A stretch of 64,000 nt of DNA from Camelus ferus (GCF_009834535.1 NC_045697.1:50346001-50410000); one strand, 5' to 3'. Counted from the first letter of the stretch, positions 48,698-63,900 are shown. Notes: generated by a model from the letters alone, not told the origin. Translations and numbers: made by a program.

Positions 48698-51600
48698 TAA
48701 TCTCAGCCACAAAGAGAATATATGTATTTTTGTCTATAGCTCTATCCTATAGATTGTCTACACTATTTTGGGACAATTATAAGATCTCCACTTCCATGGG
48801 ATGTGCTTGCTTACAGCTGGGATTACGGTTTCTTTACATATGTATATACATATGCTGGGATAGCTCCAAACCAATCTCTAATGGCATACGTAATCAGGCG
48901 AACTGGTGATGCATCCGAATATATCACTTTATTTGACAAGATGTCCACAAATTTCACCTTCTCTTTTTCCATTCTTACTGTTATGACTGCTGACTTCTAC
49001 ATATGTTGTTGAGAACCACAGTTTGCTGATTTCTTATGTATTAATTAAAGTTCAATAATATCCAGAATGAGACTGCCACATTCTTATGAGAAAGGAGATT
49101 ATATTGTTTGACAAAGGATCACATTTACTTTGCAAACAATACCTTGATCACAACAGAGTGTGATCTCTTTTCTTGGGTGATACCAGATTTCCAAACAGTG
49201 TTCAAATGAACCACTGCCTCACGGGATTCGGTCTGTGAACATAGTTTATACTGTCTGAGGTAGATGCTGGGAAATACAGTTCTTTCTCACTCCCCATGTT
49301 TCAACTACCACTTTACAAAATAGAAGAGAGAAGTTACACATGTGGGAGGTGTGATGAATGACAACTATAACCTGACCAACCTGCCTCGGCAAAGAGTGCC
49401 TGGGAAGGCATGATCTGCTCTTTGGAGAGGGAAGTGATACCTGGTTACTCCTGTCTGAGGCGGCTCTTAGTGTTATAGCCTCTACCTATGTGATACAAAT
49501 GTGCTAGCAGAGTCATCCCAAACCACCTGTGACTTGTCTGTGCCACCAGACAAAGCATGTAGACTCTAGACAAGAAAGGGGGAAAGAGGTGTCTCACCAG
49601 AAAACATCACCTAGAGAAAAACTACACGTGTGGAGCACATGCTCTCAGTGCTGATGATCTCTGTAAAAAGGACACAAGAGATTCTGATCTCCATTTTCCC
49701 TGGTCCTTTCTTCAGGGTTCTTTTCAGTCCCTGTAGCCTCCTGGATAACTTGTTCCTTGGCTGAATCCAACTTCATAATAAATATTATGACAAACTAGCA
49801 ACATTTTAAAAGATTCATAATCTCTGGTGTTGGCAAAAGACACACTTGAAATTGTTGCTGGAATTCAAAATGGTACAGCCTTGAGGGTTGGGGGCAATTT
49901 GACATTATTTGTCAAAATGTGAAGTATGCATACTTTAGGTATGACTCCAGGAATGCCCTCAAGCAGGGGGTGCTGGAGGTGGCCAGAAGCTTTTCAGAGC
50001 TGACTGTGTGCATTTGACTCAGTCTAGGTATCTAAAAAACTGATCAGCCACTGTAAGTGTGTAGAACATATAATAGGAGCTAACATTTATTGAGCCCTTT
50101 CTGTGTGCCAGGTATTGTTTTAAGCACATGTGTTAATTTACTCAATCTTTATGACGATATTTGATACTGTTATTATCAACCTCAATTTGCAGATTGTGAA
50201 ATTTATGAGATAAATAACTTGCTTAAAATCACAAAGAGAGTAGATAGTAGGCCAGGATTTGAACTCATATCATCTGTCCCCAAGGAATTTCCAAACTTAT
50301 CCAGTTACCTCCTTCTGACCAAGTTGCTTATTTCAGCATGCTTGTAATAAGGACAGAAAAAAAAGAAAAGAAAAGGAAAGAAGCCATCTAAATAGCATCA
50401 CTTCCAAGCTATTACTTGAAATTTTAAGCATCCCTTAAAGTGAACTATATAGTGCTGAATGAGCTCATTGAAAAGACACTCATTATGTGTTTTAATTGAA
50501 AAAAACAAGTTTTGAACGATATGTACTGTTCTCATTTTCGTACACTATCAAAACAAAGACATTAAAAACAGAAATAAAAGTCCAATGTCAGTGTTTGAAT
50601 AAGAATAGGGATAGACTCAGAATAAAACATGTCAAGTAATTGTTCATAGTGGTTAATTCTGAGGTGTGTAATTGGAGGAAGGAAGGAAAGGATTAGCTTT
50701 TACTTTACAGGTCTCTATATTGTTTTATATTTATTTCCATGAGCATTAACTTACGTTTTGAAATTTAAAGAGGAAAGATGAAAATATAACCAGAAGGAAT
50801 CAATACATAGTGATGCCCAAATATTGAACTTCCTTATGCTGCATTTGAACAGGTGCAAAATGAGATTTCTATATCTGAAAACCCTTTTGGAGTCCATCCT
50901 AAAGAACTTCCATCTGTGTTGATTGCCCACAAGTCTTCCACAAGACTCTCAACTTCACAGCATTGAATAAAGATGCAGCTGGCCTCCCTCCCCCTAAACT
51001 CATGACCCAACTTAGTTTCTCTAAGTGATTGTAAAGTAAAATAGGTACAGTGATGAGTCACAATAGCAGTTACCAGAACCATTTAGAAATACAGCTTCTG
51101 AAGAACAGCTCAAGTAACTAGTGACTAGTGGCACCATGACCTTTGATCTCAGTTAGGTAGTACTCGATTCAGAAAGACTGGCCTCAGCAGCTCCAGCCCT
51201 AGCTCTCAGGAGGCCCAGCGAGCACCTGGAGGCCAGTCAGGTTTGCTCTTTCTTGGACGCTCAGCCTTCCAGCTGAGCGACCCACCTAGTTTTGTGCAGA
51301 AAATGACATTAGAAATACCCTCAAGAACCCTGGTGTTCTGGGGCCAGCTGGGACTCAAATGACACTCACTGCCATTGGTCGTTGTGTGTATCCCTTCCCA
51401 GCTCTGAGTTTAGTAACCTCACATCACTGGAATGGGTCACGATGGGAATATTTACCCCACGGAAATCAGCAAATGCTGTAAATCTGGGCTGTCCCAGCCC
51501 GTTAAACTTTCATCTGCACACCACTGCCTTGAAGGCTTTTTAAATCATTAACCCAAAAACTCTGAAAGTTGTTCAAAGGCTTTCAAACCACACTATCTAC

Positions 51601-52364
51601 CTTGAGAAACTCAGAAGATTGACTTCTCCTCTCCCCTCTTAATGAATGAGGAAGAGATTAAATACTTAGGTACTGCTTGACCAGGAAGACAATAGTCATT
51701 CTCCAGAAGGCTCAGAAGTAGCACCAGAAGAATTGGTAGCCTAATTCTTATTTTACAAACCACCCCCCCATCATGCCCTACAAAGCCTCCATCCCTAAAA
51801 TGAAGGGAGGAAGAGAACTATTTCTCACTAAGATCTGGGTGGTAGATGAATTTGGAGGAAAAGAAACAGCCATGGTAAATCGCCAGCAAACTCATCGCTG
51901 CTTGCCTGATCCCTGTCTCCCTAAGGGTCTACATCCACCCAGGACAAAGATCCCACTCAGAATGTTTCCTCCCAATCCTTTTATTCATCTTAGCTCATTA
52001 TTATCTATGGCAGCTTAACTGACCTTTCTTGCGAGGAAATCTGTTTATTTCTAGGAGAACGAATCGTGAGGCAGCAGCAGCAATAGAACTTGGGATTTTT
52101 TCCTTGCTGTGAGTATTTAATAAGAAGTAAACAACTTTAAACTGGCAGTGACAGACACTACACAAGCAGCAGTCTCCTTCTCACCAAACCTGTCTGGGAG
52201 TCCAGCCTAAGGGGGTGCTGGCTTCAACACACCTCTCCACCCGGCACACAGCTCTCACTGCCAAGCGCACTACACATCTCATGGTCTTCATCCAGTCAGT
52301 CTGAAGAGCCAACATACCTACCCCTAGATCACTGAGGCAGATAAAGCCAGAGTAATGCAGTTTT

Positions 52365-52530
52365 TGACTAGAAAGGACCTCAAGCCATCTTGCCAGCCCT
52401 CTCATTTTTATAGATGAATAAACTAACACAGAAATGTTAGGTGACTTGCACAAGATTACACAGTGAGGTGGTAGGGCCACAATCAGAATCCAGGGCTTTC
52501 TCACCTCAAAGCCCATGCTTCTGATCATTA
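52365..52530 (-). mobile_element. MIR/MIR3 SINE
   Basis: ctcattttatagatgaataaactaacacagaaatgttaggtgacttgcacaagattacacag. Confidence 0.75.
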
Positions 52531-52549
52531 AGTTGTAATCAGTTGAAAT

Positions 52550-52620
52550 CTTTTTTTTAAATTGATATATGATCGATTTACAATATTGTGTTAACTTCTG
52601 GTGTACAGCATAGTGATTGT

Positions 52621-52654
<34 letters not shown>

Positions 52655-52795
52655 AATATAAAAATTATATATATATATAATTTTTCATCATAGGCTATTA
52701 TAAGGTATTGAATATAGTTCCCATGTGCTGCACAGTAAGACCTTGTTCTTATCTATTTTTTATATGATAGTTAGTATCTGCAAATCCTGAACTTT
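52550..52795 (-). mobile_element. L1 3'UTR fragment with internal TA-rich expansion
   Basis: Reverse complement of the same L1 3'UTR. Confidence 0.88.
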
Positions 52796-54029
52796 ATCAT
52801 CCCTCAAAGTCCAACTGGGAAGCCTGCACTTTTCATTCCTTGGACCCTAAATGAGTATCAGTCCTGCCTACTCTGAACCATCCCAATATTCTGCATATTC
52901 TTATTCTCTGTCTTGCATTAACATCACCTGGATTCTGTTTTTTCCCTCCTACTAGAATGTATATTTCTTGAGCTAAAACTGGGTCTTCTTTTTCTCTCTT
53001 ACTGCCTTGCACTAGATAGGTGTTTAATAAAAATGTACTGAATGGAAATAAATTGACCTGAGATTTGAGTTCATTTTTCTGCAGTAGTTGTCAATTGCAC
53101 ATACATAAGGAACAACCAGGGAACTTATTAAAATAGAGATTCCTGGAATTCTGATTCAATAGCTCTTGAGAGGGTTCCAGCGACGTGCATTTTCAACAAG
53201 CCAACAAGTGATTCTGAAGCATGGCTCTGGTGGTGCTTTCTTTCTAAGTCTCTCTTATAACACATATATATTTGAGATATTTGGCCAAGATTAGAGGTGC
53301 CACTGAGTTTCCAGAACATTGCAAAGAGTACAGGTCCATGGTGTTGGATCCTATAGTCTTACTTTCATTAGCTGAGAGCTCTAGCTTAAACATTCTCAAA
53401 TGGGCTGTGGGGTAATGAACTTAATGTTCCGGCAAGTACCATTCTCACCAAACTCCCCCGCTCCCCAAGCTGAGACAAAGTTCTCTAGCAGTGGAGACCG
53501 AGGAACAAATAAAGGCTTTCTGTCCGTGAAGTCAATGTGGAACTCATACCTTCCAAGAGGACTCAGGCATCTAAGAAAGAATAAAGAGCTTAAACAGAGC
53601 CTCATTACAACACCGACATTCTGCCACATGATACGCTCAATTAGTTAATGTTTGTAAAGTGCTTTGATCTCATAAAGCAGTGAGATAATCCTGGGCCTTG
53701 TTTACTGAGTGCTTCTCTTCCCAAGGGCTCAGAGCGATTTCTAGGCAACAAGCCCAATTCTTCTCTTTGCCTGCCAGTTCAGAGGGGCAGTCAGAATAAT
53801 GGGTGGAGGGTGCAGGGGGGTGCCTTGGAGTCAAACTGAAGGAGGGCACTATCGGAGTTGGGTGGTCCACGTGCAGGAAGGCCACAGGATGTAACAACTG
53901 ACCCCTGCTTACTTATCACCGGTGTAGGTTGCTATCGGAGCATTTATCACGCTGGAGTGTAAACATTTGTTTATAAGTCTGCCTCCTGCACTAGGCTATG
54001 AGTTGCTTGGATGGAGAAATTGGGTCTCC

Positions 54030-54560
54030 TAGGTTTGAATGACCTGGCTGCTGCCCAACTCCAAGTTTAACTCATCCAGGCTTCGCTCTCCCTCCCCATC
54101 TCCAGCCTAACTGGTCCTTCTGTTTCTCAAACACACCAAGCTTCTTTCACCCATTGGGACTTTTGCACCAAAGTTATTCACCATCGTGGCTGCCTTTTCA
54201 TCATTCAAATTTCAGCTCAGCTGTCATCTCCTCAGGTGACCCTGACCATTCTTAGCTAAATTGGCTGCTTCCTAATCACTCTCAGTCATGTTACTCTGCT
54301 TTATAACTGACTTTTTTTTTGTGGCACCTATATTTTCTAATATTATCTGATTTTTTTGTTATATTATTTATTTTTTGACATTCTGATATCATTGGGGTGA
54401 GTGGTGGCTATCTTTATTTTTTTTTCTTTCTGATTTGTTCCTATTTTATTTCTTCTACAATAATCAGTAAGCTTCTTGAAAATAGGGACTTTATCTACCT
54501 TGCTCATCTTGCTATTCTAGTACTTAGAAGATTTTAAGTGGTCAACAAATAAATGTTGAT
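54030..54560 (+). mobile_element. L2 3' fragment
   Basis: tgacctggctgctgcccaactcc...ctccagcctaactggtccttctgtttctcaaacacaccaagc...aaatgttgattgaa. Confidence 0.75.
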
Positions 54561-54576
54561 TGAAACATAGGCTGTT

Positions 54577-54890
54577 ACAGACTCACAGACACAGAAGATA
54601 AACATGGTTACCAGGGGGAAGGGACTAGGAAGGGATAAATTGGAAGATCGAGATTTGCAGATATTAACTACTGTATATAAAATAAACAAGGTCCGGTTGT
54701 ATAGCACAGGGAACTATATTCAATATCTATCTTGTGGTAACTTATAATGAAAAAGAATATGAAAACAAATATATGTATGTATATGTATGATTGAACCTTT
54801 ATGCTGTACACCAGAAATTGACACATTGTAAACTGACTATACTTCAATTTTTTTAATTTCTAATACAATAAAAAAATGAAAAAAAAAGAA
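54577..54890 (+). mobile_element. L1 3'UTR fragment
   Basis: acagactcacagacacagaag...gggataaattgg...cattgtaaactgactatacttcaa plus A-rich tail. Confidence 0.9.
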
Positions 54891-56394
54891 ATGTTGGTTG
54901 TTTCAGTATCTTGGACAGCACTTAAATACTTTTTAATTAAAGGAATACATGAACAAATGTTAGATGAACGAAGTGCTGATGCTTCAGCATAAATTCCTTA
55001 CTTCCCCAAATTGTCAGTTAATCCTTTTGTTCACAAAGTGGGACAGGCTTGGATTAATATACCTTTGTATAAAGTGATAATCTTCGAGTCTCAGCTATCT
55101 TTCAGTCTATGATACATCCAGCCCTCAAAACTGTTGATTTTTCTGTTGCTTGATTTCTTACATTTTCTTTACCTTTCCCATGTCCGTTGCTCCTCCTTCA
55201 TTCATACTTTTAAATTTTCACATCTATGTATTTCAATACCTTTGACAACTGCCTCTGGGCAGTCCCACCTGGATGGGTCCTACACATTATTGACAGATTT
55301 CATTGTGTCTTATTCTGTCACTCCTGTTCTACAAAAGCTCCAATTATTTATCCTCAAACACTCTGGTACCTCCATTTTCCAGCCACCAGGCCATGGGCAA
55401 GTTTCTTAACATAATTTCCTCTTTTCTGAAAATGAGTCTAATTAACAGTACCTAACTCATGTCTCATCATGAAGATTAGGGGTAAATTAATTCACATAAG
55501 GGATAATCATGGTCGTGGGGGAACCACCAAAAGATAGCTCTTACTATTTTCTGACTAATACTGGCAATGGTTATAGTAGTAAAGCTGAAATGCTTCAGCT
55601 AGAATTTTGCACTCTACTCCAGGACTATCTTTCTATCTTCATTCTTGTCACCTTGACCCTACCATTAGCTTTTCTGTCCATCTTTTCTAAATGCCAACCA
55701 TGATTCAAAAATTTTTGTGCAAGAGACTATTGTTTCTTCTTGTTGCAAATTTGATGAGGATGAATTTATTGATGATGTTGATTTTTTTCCCACTCTCCAT
55801 TTTCTCTCCCTCCTCCAAAATTCTTCAGTTCTCTCTACTGCCTTCTTAACATATCATACTAACCTGTGAAACTTGTCTCATCACTTTATTTTCTTAACTC
55901 TTGTTTTCAACTTTTTTAATTGTAACTACATTGCTGATATGTGGGAAACTTTTGAGGCCCAAGGAACTCAGCACAATATACAGTATCCTTTCTTTCTTGT
56001 GTAATTCCTTATATTAGCCAACCACTTACACTAAAAATAATGGCTTGGAAGGAAAAGGAAAGATAAGGCCAGCCATAGTTCTTTGTCTCAGTCCTTCCCT
56101 ATCCATCTGTAAGCTGAAGGTAAAGACTTGGCAGAATGTGTGCATATCAAGAAGTGAAACAAAAACAGTTGAGTTACTTTTGCCCAGTGTTTCCCCTATT
56201 CTGGAAACAAAGAATTGCACATACATGTGTGAGCTACAAAGGAAGAATTGTGTAATTTCACTGTTTCTGCAAACAATGAAAGTGCTATTACATTTCCTTT
56301 TAAAAATCAGTGTTGCACAACATAAACATGAAGGATAAAATTCAACCTAATAACATACAATTTTACTTTTACAAAAGACATTTAAAAACACTGT

Positions 56395-56805
56395 GATGTA
56401 CTAAGTGAAGTAGCCAAAAAGAGAAAGAAAAATGTCATAGGATATCACTTATATGTGGAATGTAAAAAAATGACACAAATGAACTTATTTACAAAACAGA
56501 GAAACTCACAAATTCACAAACATAGAAAATAAATTTATGGTTACCAGGGGGAAAAAGACGATAGAGGGTTAAATTGGGAGTTCAAGATTTGCAGATACTA
56601 ACTACTGTAGATAAAGTAGATAAATAACAAAGTCTTAGCATACAGAACAGGGAACTATATTCAATATCTTGCAATAACTTATAATAAAAAATAATATGAA
56701 AAGAAATATATATATATGTATAACTGAACCACTATGCTGTACACTAGAAACTAACATACCATTGTAAACCAACTGTATTTCAGTTAAAACAAAAACAAAA
56801 CAAAA
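56395..56805 (+). mobile_element. L1 3' end fragment
   Basis: ctaagtgaagtagcc...atatcacttatatgtggaat...3'UTR and aaaac tail. Confidence 0.9.
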
Positions 56806-59800
56806 CACCACGATAGGTCAAAAGAAAGACTGCAGAGGAAATGAACAAGCTTTGGATCTCAATTCCTATAATGGCATTTTTTTCCTCCTCTTTGAACAAG
56901 CCAACCCTCATTTTCACTTTGCACTGAGCTCCACAAATTATGTACCTGATGAATATTAATATGAAGGCAATTTCGTATGTGGCTTGAGAATATTTGGATT
57001 ATATATGCATTTTGTTCTCTGATTCTTATGAAGTTAACTTCTATGACTGTACGAGGGTTTAGGGTAACGCTTTAGAACAGATTTTTGTCTGTAGGTTCTT
57101 GATTCCAGCATAAAAGGGATTTGAAATATGGTTCTTATTTAGTTTTGTTTAGAAAAAAAGAAACAATCTTAATTGTTGTTTCTTTTTCTCTTCCTTACCA
57201 TCATGTTTATGTTCAAAAGTTTATCGCATTTATCCTATCATTATTGCAGCAAACTCATCACTACTTTACCAACAAAGCTCATGAAGCCAGGACTATACGT
57301 TCCCTTCAAATTAAATTAAATGATGACTGGGCCACAGTAAAATCTGCTAGAGTTGGATGGCTCTTGGCCCAGAGTGACTTTCACCGCCCAAACACATGTA
57401 AATATACCCAAACATGGAAACTGAAGCTTTCAGAGCCTTTGACCTACTTTTTTTAAACGCTCTTACATCCTTTTGCAGCCTATTTATAGGCAGCATATCT
57501 CCTACCTACCAGTGCCAGGGCCTGCTTATTGTACCCATGCACAGGAGCCCAGGTTCTTTGATCCCTGTGTTCTATAACTTCAAGACTGTGAACTTGGTGC
57601 ACTTTCCCAAAGCTACGCCTTCCCTTGGCAAGGCCAAGGACTCAGGGCCATGAGCAAAACTCAAGCTGAGGCGGGTTAGATGAGGGCACATTGCCCTGTT
57701 TTAACAGCCTGTCGACAGCTTAAGGAGAATTGCAGAACATTTTCATTGGCACGGTAAAGGGATCAAACTAAGCTGTCAAGTTGCCCAGATTTAAGGGAGC
57801 CTTAATTACATATATAAAGTTATCAAGATCATAGGACCTTTTCTCTCTCCATCTCCCCCCTTTCCCTCTTAGTTTTATCAATGCATTTCCTTCAGTTCAT
57901 CAATTCCCATATCATTGCTATGAATAAGAGTTGAAAAGATGCTAATAGGCTGAGATATATGTACAAGGTCCCAGATGGAGTATGGGTGAAGAAAAAAATT
58001 TTGGTTCCTGTCATGATTCATTGCCTGGCAGTGTGGGAACACTCCATTCACTGGGGCTGGTAAATACCCACAATGACAGCACTTCCTGGAGGGGGTGGGG
58101 TTGCATGAAGGTGCCCAGAACATCTCTGAATCTCTTATTAAAATTGCCGTCCTGCTGCAACACCTTGGAAAGTTGCTGAATAGACAGAATCTAAGGCAAA
58201 TTTCTCACATCGATCTAGCACTACTGTTCCAGACCACACTTGTCTCGAAAAATCATCACCTAAAATAAGAACTTCCAGACATGCTTAAGCATTGAGTAAG
58301 AAGCAGTATTTTGATTCCAGGAGCCAGATTATCCTGACCACACAGAGGTAGCTGAGAATAGGGATGTTGGCCATAACTTGAAAACTTAATATTCTGTACC
58401 CTGTGTAGAAGTTGCTGTGCTAAATATAGTGGTGATGGCAGGGTATTGATGGGGGACCAGATCTGCAGGAAAATAAGAGAGTGAGTCCCAGAAATGATGC
58501 TGGAGCATACTCTCAGGATTATATGTTTCTACTTTAGGTTTTCAGGCAGATAATGAGTATGCGGGAACAGGTAGTCATTTAAGAAATATCAGAGAATGAT
58601 GGCATTGGATTTTTAAGCAGGAAAATTATAAGATCAGGGATTTGTTCCAGTAATATTAACCAGGCAGTTCTATGAAAGATTAATTGGAGGGAGGTGTAGG
58701 AAAGGGTTGAGATGCAGGAAATTCTGCAGAAGGCTTTGCGACTCTTTAAGTAAGAGATATTTGGGGCTACACAACAGCAATTGGGATGAAAAATAGGGAA
58801 TGGGTGTAAGAAGTTTTATTTGGATATAGCTAATATAATTTTGATTTAATATTCAATAAAGAAAGGAGAAAAGAGGGGGAAATGTATGCAGTGGACAGAA
58901 ATAAGGAAGACAGCAGTCTTAGGAATAAAGGTTCTCTTTGGAAAGTACTGGTTGAGATGCCATCCCAGCCTTCAAGGGGAAGGCAGAATTGTCACAAAAA
59001 TGAGTCAGAGCAATGTGTTGACCCCACCCTCCTCTCCCAAGAAGAGACAGGGGCGTAAGTCTGAGGTGAGCTGGGTAACTTGGGTAGATAGTGCCAACTA
59101 TGAAGAAAAGAAGATGTGGCAAGACGAAGAGGTCCTACAGAAGAAGCTCAAGAATTTTCAGAGATGGTCTGTGTTCTGGAAAAAAGGTAAAATAAATAGT
59201 CCCAAATCTAGGGTGCAGGAAATAAATTCCATAGGAAAACAATAAACCAAGGACAAAGGAATGAGAAGAGAGAGCTAGAAGATTTATAGAGCTGAACCCA
59301 GAAATTTCCAGCTTAGTTTCAAAGTGAGACTGTAGGGTGCTGAGTTGTGTATACAGAAGAGAAGGCAGGCCTCCTTTGGATTGGCAGAGTGTGAGCTGGA
59401 GGGCTGTCCAGTCCCGGTCTCCTCCCTGTTTTCCTTCAGATGTAGATTCAGTCCTTCCCAGATTTTGGGTCAAAGAGAGCTTGTTCCTAGTGTCTGAAGG
59501 AGAGGGATGGATCTGTTTCTGCTGTCCTTCCTTAAGCTTGAAGTCATTGCTCCCGGAGCAGCATTTCTCTCTATTATTATGTGGTTCATCGACTGTACTG
59601 ATATTTTGCCCCGACTTGCTATGGGAAGTGGGGCCCGTCTGGAACCTGAATCTGTTTCTCATGGTCACATCGTCATCTCAAACCGACACCTCTCTGAATC
59701 GCTGGCCAAAATCTCATCCAATGCTGAGAACAGTAAAATGTCCCGACATTCCTCAGTCCTGCCCTTCTTCTAGCAGAGCCAAGGACAGGGATATTGAGAC

Positions 59801-60724
59801 CAGACCTGAAGCCAGATGGTGAGCTTTTCCCAGAACCTGCTTTCTACAGAGTCAATATTCACCCTGTCAAGCCCCCTCAAGGCAACTTCATTTCAGCTGA
59901 TTCCCTTTTCCCTGTCTGAATTCCAGCACGCCCCAGTAGGCATGGCTCTAATCATGAAAAATGTGACAGACCTATGAGCAGGACAACTTGGTCCGTGGGA
60001 CAAAGGCATGTATCTGTGGCTCAGGGAGGAAGCCACCCCCACTTTGTAAATAACCCAGGAAACTAAAAGGAAGTGCTCAAGCTAAGTCCAGCCCGTCCAG
60101 TGCACTCAGATGAATAGGATTTCAACACATTGGTGATGGGGGTGGGGTAATGAGGGGACTATAAGGGTGAGGCTAGAATGGGAGTCAAAAGCAGTGCCTA
60201 GAAAAGACTGTTTAATTCTTTCAGTTCCTTAAACTAATGGTATAACCTGGCATCATGTTGCATATGACTGGTTTTCCCTTGTGTCCTGGGATTCCATCAG
60301 TGCCAGTAATTTGTGCAGCAACATACCTTAGGGCAGGGATATGCGAGCAACAGAAAATGGGGTAGAAGGAAAAGGCCCTGAACCCTTCCAACAGCAAGGC
60401 CCTTGGAAGAGAAATGCCCCAGCTCGCCCCATTTCAGTGCTCAGAAACTGCCAAGCCAATATCACCAAGGGCAAGCAGTGATGAGAACTTTGTGAAGGAG
60501 CCAAGGAGGGCCATTGTAACACATGGACCAAAGTCCCAACACAATCCAGTAAGTTCAGAGGGCCGCACCTCTAAGAAAACTAACTGGAACACAGTCACAG
60601 AGGCAGTTCTGCCTCAGCCCAGTTATCTATAAGACGTTTTTTTCTAAAAAGTCTATTCAGCACTCTCTACTGTCTTTATCCTTGTGAACCCAATTCCCCT
60701 CCATGTGGGGCCAAAACCTGGCAC

Positions 60725-60990
60725 TTGGATTCTTCTCTCAGGTGTGGCAGTATATGGTTGTTAAAGTTACATGTCCTGAATTAGACTGCCAGTGTCATAT
60801 TTCAACTTTGCCACTTAACTGCACCTTGCTTAAATTGCTTAAGCTCTCTGCGGCCCAGTCTTCTTCATCAGTAAAAGGGGAATAATAATACCTGCGCATA
60901 GGCTTGTGATGGTCATTACACAATACGTGTAAAGCACTTTGAAAGTGCCAGGAAGATAATTTATCCTCCACCAACGTAGCCATTTTTTAT
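60725..60990 (+). mobile_element. MIR SINE
   Basis: gtggcagtatatggttgttaaag...cagtcttcttcatcagtaaaaggggaataataatacct...tgtaaagcactt. Confidence 0.75.
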
Positions 60991-63900
60991 TATTCTAAGC
61001 TGTTGGGCAAAGAAGAAAGTTGTCATGTCTGACTTAAACTGACTTCCTTGGGGGTTGATTCAGTTTCACAATCGCCTATTGATTATTGCTTATTTGCATT
61101 CACTAAAGTTGCAGTCAATACTACCTCACATTGTAATGTTTTTTCATGCCATTTCCCAGTATTTTCAACAAGTTTCAAACAACGTATTTCTATGCCTAAT
61201 CTAAGATACTGGGATACCGTAGTGGAGTATATGTTTTGTGTGTGATGACACTCAGTTGAATGCTTTCAAACAATATTTAATTTTTTTACTTCATACTCTT
61301 TTCTATTAAACTCAAATTGTAGATTCAAATTTCAGTTTTGAGTAAGCTTGGTGAAATTTCTAAGCCTTTTTAGGTCTAATTTTCCTCAGTTTATTATAAT
61401 AATAGTATTTATCTCATAGATTCAGTATAAAGATGAAATAAACTAATTCATGTAAAAGTTTAGAGCACTGCCTAGTTTATTATCTTTTGTAATCAGAAAA
61501 TGATTACAAACGGTTTCAGTTTTGCAAATATTGCAGCCACTGTCTCTTTTAGTTTCCGTATCTCAAAAAATCTCTCTCCTTTTACAGTCACAAAAATGCT
61601 TTATAAAGATGTGATCCTATAATTTGTGTTTGATTTTTTAAAATAAATTAGGGACATGGGGACAACTGAAAATCTGAGCCATTTTGCTTGATGCCAGTAC
61701 AGTAAGATTAAGTATGTGTCCATTCTTACCTTCAGTTTGGTCTGCCTCTGGGTGGTAAATATCATGAAACAAGGGGCCTTTCCGACATACCTCCTCTCCT
61801 CAGTCTGTTATCACCATTTACATGCATTTGATGACATACTATGAAGTAATACGCTACTTAGTTGAGCCGTTTATTACACTGTTTGAAGGGTAAGAATTGA
61901 GTCTTTAACAGATATACTCCATTGGCAGCGCTTTTACAGAGAAAAGAAATAACAAGAGCTAGCATTTACTAACATCTTATCATGTGTCAGGTCCAGGGAT
62001 ACATACTTTATAATTTTTTCTTCCCAGCTAACCCCATAACAACCTCATGAAGTAGGTACTTTACTATTTTATAACTTCCCCATTTTCTAGCTGCAGACAA
62101 AGTGGTATATCTTGTCCATGGTCACGAAGCTAGTAATGACAATTCAAACCTGTTCAGCCAGACTATGGGGTTAGGGTTTCATTCATTTCCCTACTGTTTA
62201 TTGAGTGTCCACTGGGTGCATGGGATCTGCTCACAACCATCTTCAGTGGTAACCATCAATTCTTCTGTTTTCAAATTAGGGAGTCTCCTGGACTAAGCTA
62301 GGTCACTTACCCAGAAAAGGGCCAAATTTGAGATGATAAACTTAGATCTGTCTGATAATAAAACTATTATTTGCGGTGACTTCTTGGGAGAAATGATCTC
62401 TTTCAGAACCTAGTTCATACTCTTCCACTGTTATCCCAAGGCAAATAGTGAGAAAAATTGGAGAAAACAAGACTAGAAAGTCAATAAACCTACAAAAGTC
62501 ATTGAATCTGAAGTGGTTTCTTTGGACAAGTTAGATTCAAGTTGTCAGATTTTTCTCTTAACTCACCCCTCCTTCCTAACTGATTTCTCTCCTCCCCCCC
62601 CCACTTCTCCCTCCCCACTCCAACCTCCTTCCGCTCTCTACAACTCCTACGTTTGTGTTAGTTGCTAGTCCCATAATTGTGGTCAAATCCTCTTGCCTTG
62701 GACCCATTTTTGTGTTAACTCTCGAGCCTTGAACTAGCTGTGAGAGGACTTGGGTGTGCCCCAATGCCACAGGCACTCTCTGCTCTTAAATAGGAAGCTT
62801 ACCCAGGGACTGCAGTTCTGCCCTGAAGAGCTTTTGTTGTGTTTGGAAAGGTAATCTAACTCATCAGCTGGGCCCTCCCAGAACAAGTTCAAACAGCACC
62901 TTTCCTTAAATGTCTTGCTAGATCTCTGGGCTTTTTCCTCTCACCTATCTCCTACAGCTGTTCCTCCAGCAGAGGTGTGTTGATTTTCTCTAAGATTCCC
63001 AAAGTGATCACAACTGGATGAGCTCACAAAAGTTCTCTTGGGCAGCATTCCCCAGAAAAGGTGACTTATTTTTTTCTAACCAAGAAGAAGACAGTTTCAA
63101 TAAGGATGGTTTTAATTTATTTTTAAAATTCCCTGGTACAAGTATTCTCTACTTTTTCTTTAAAGGAAATACAGAATGAGTTTGAAGGAGACAAAATTAA
63201 ACAGGGACCTATATAGGAAGAGTTTTGCTCCCAGAAAGTGAAGATACAGCTCAAGATTCATAATTATGCCTCTTCTTTCAAATAATTTTGATGGTATTTA
63301 TTAATTTTATTCATTTTCTTCCCAAGTGAAGACAATATACTGGTTAATCACAATACGTTTCTGACCAGAGTTAGAAAGTTGTCTCTTTGGCAGTCTAATA
63401 ATGTATGTATCTTTGACTTAGTTATATTAAGTTATTGGCACTTTGATCTTTCTATTTTCCATTCATTGTATGAGAGAATGATAAAAATGTAAAAGGGCAT
63501 TAGTAATTTTTAATTTTTTTTAAGTTGCAGAAGAGTTTATTCAAATGAGGACCTCCTTACAAGACCATTCACACACAAATGGAAGCAGAGATTCCTGATC
63601 AAAATGGAAGCAGAGGACATAGAATCTTAAGGAATTGCCCCCAGAAGGTAATACTGAGGCACAACCCACTTTTATATTTGAGTATTACTACAACAAAATG
63701 CTTAAATAATGGCACAAATAAAAGTTGTCATACTAACAACAAGGAAATAAACTCCAAACTGAATTCTTGGTTGACAGGAAGTTTGGCACACCATGACTTG
63801 AAACGTGTAAATTGATCCATAAATGCTCTAATAAGATTTCTTAAAGCTTAGTTTAAGGATGTAAGTTTATAATGCATGAAAGCAGACATTGAAAATTAAT

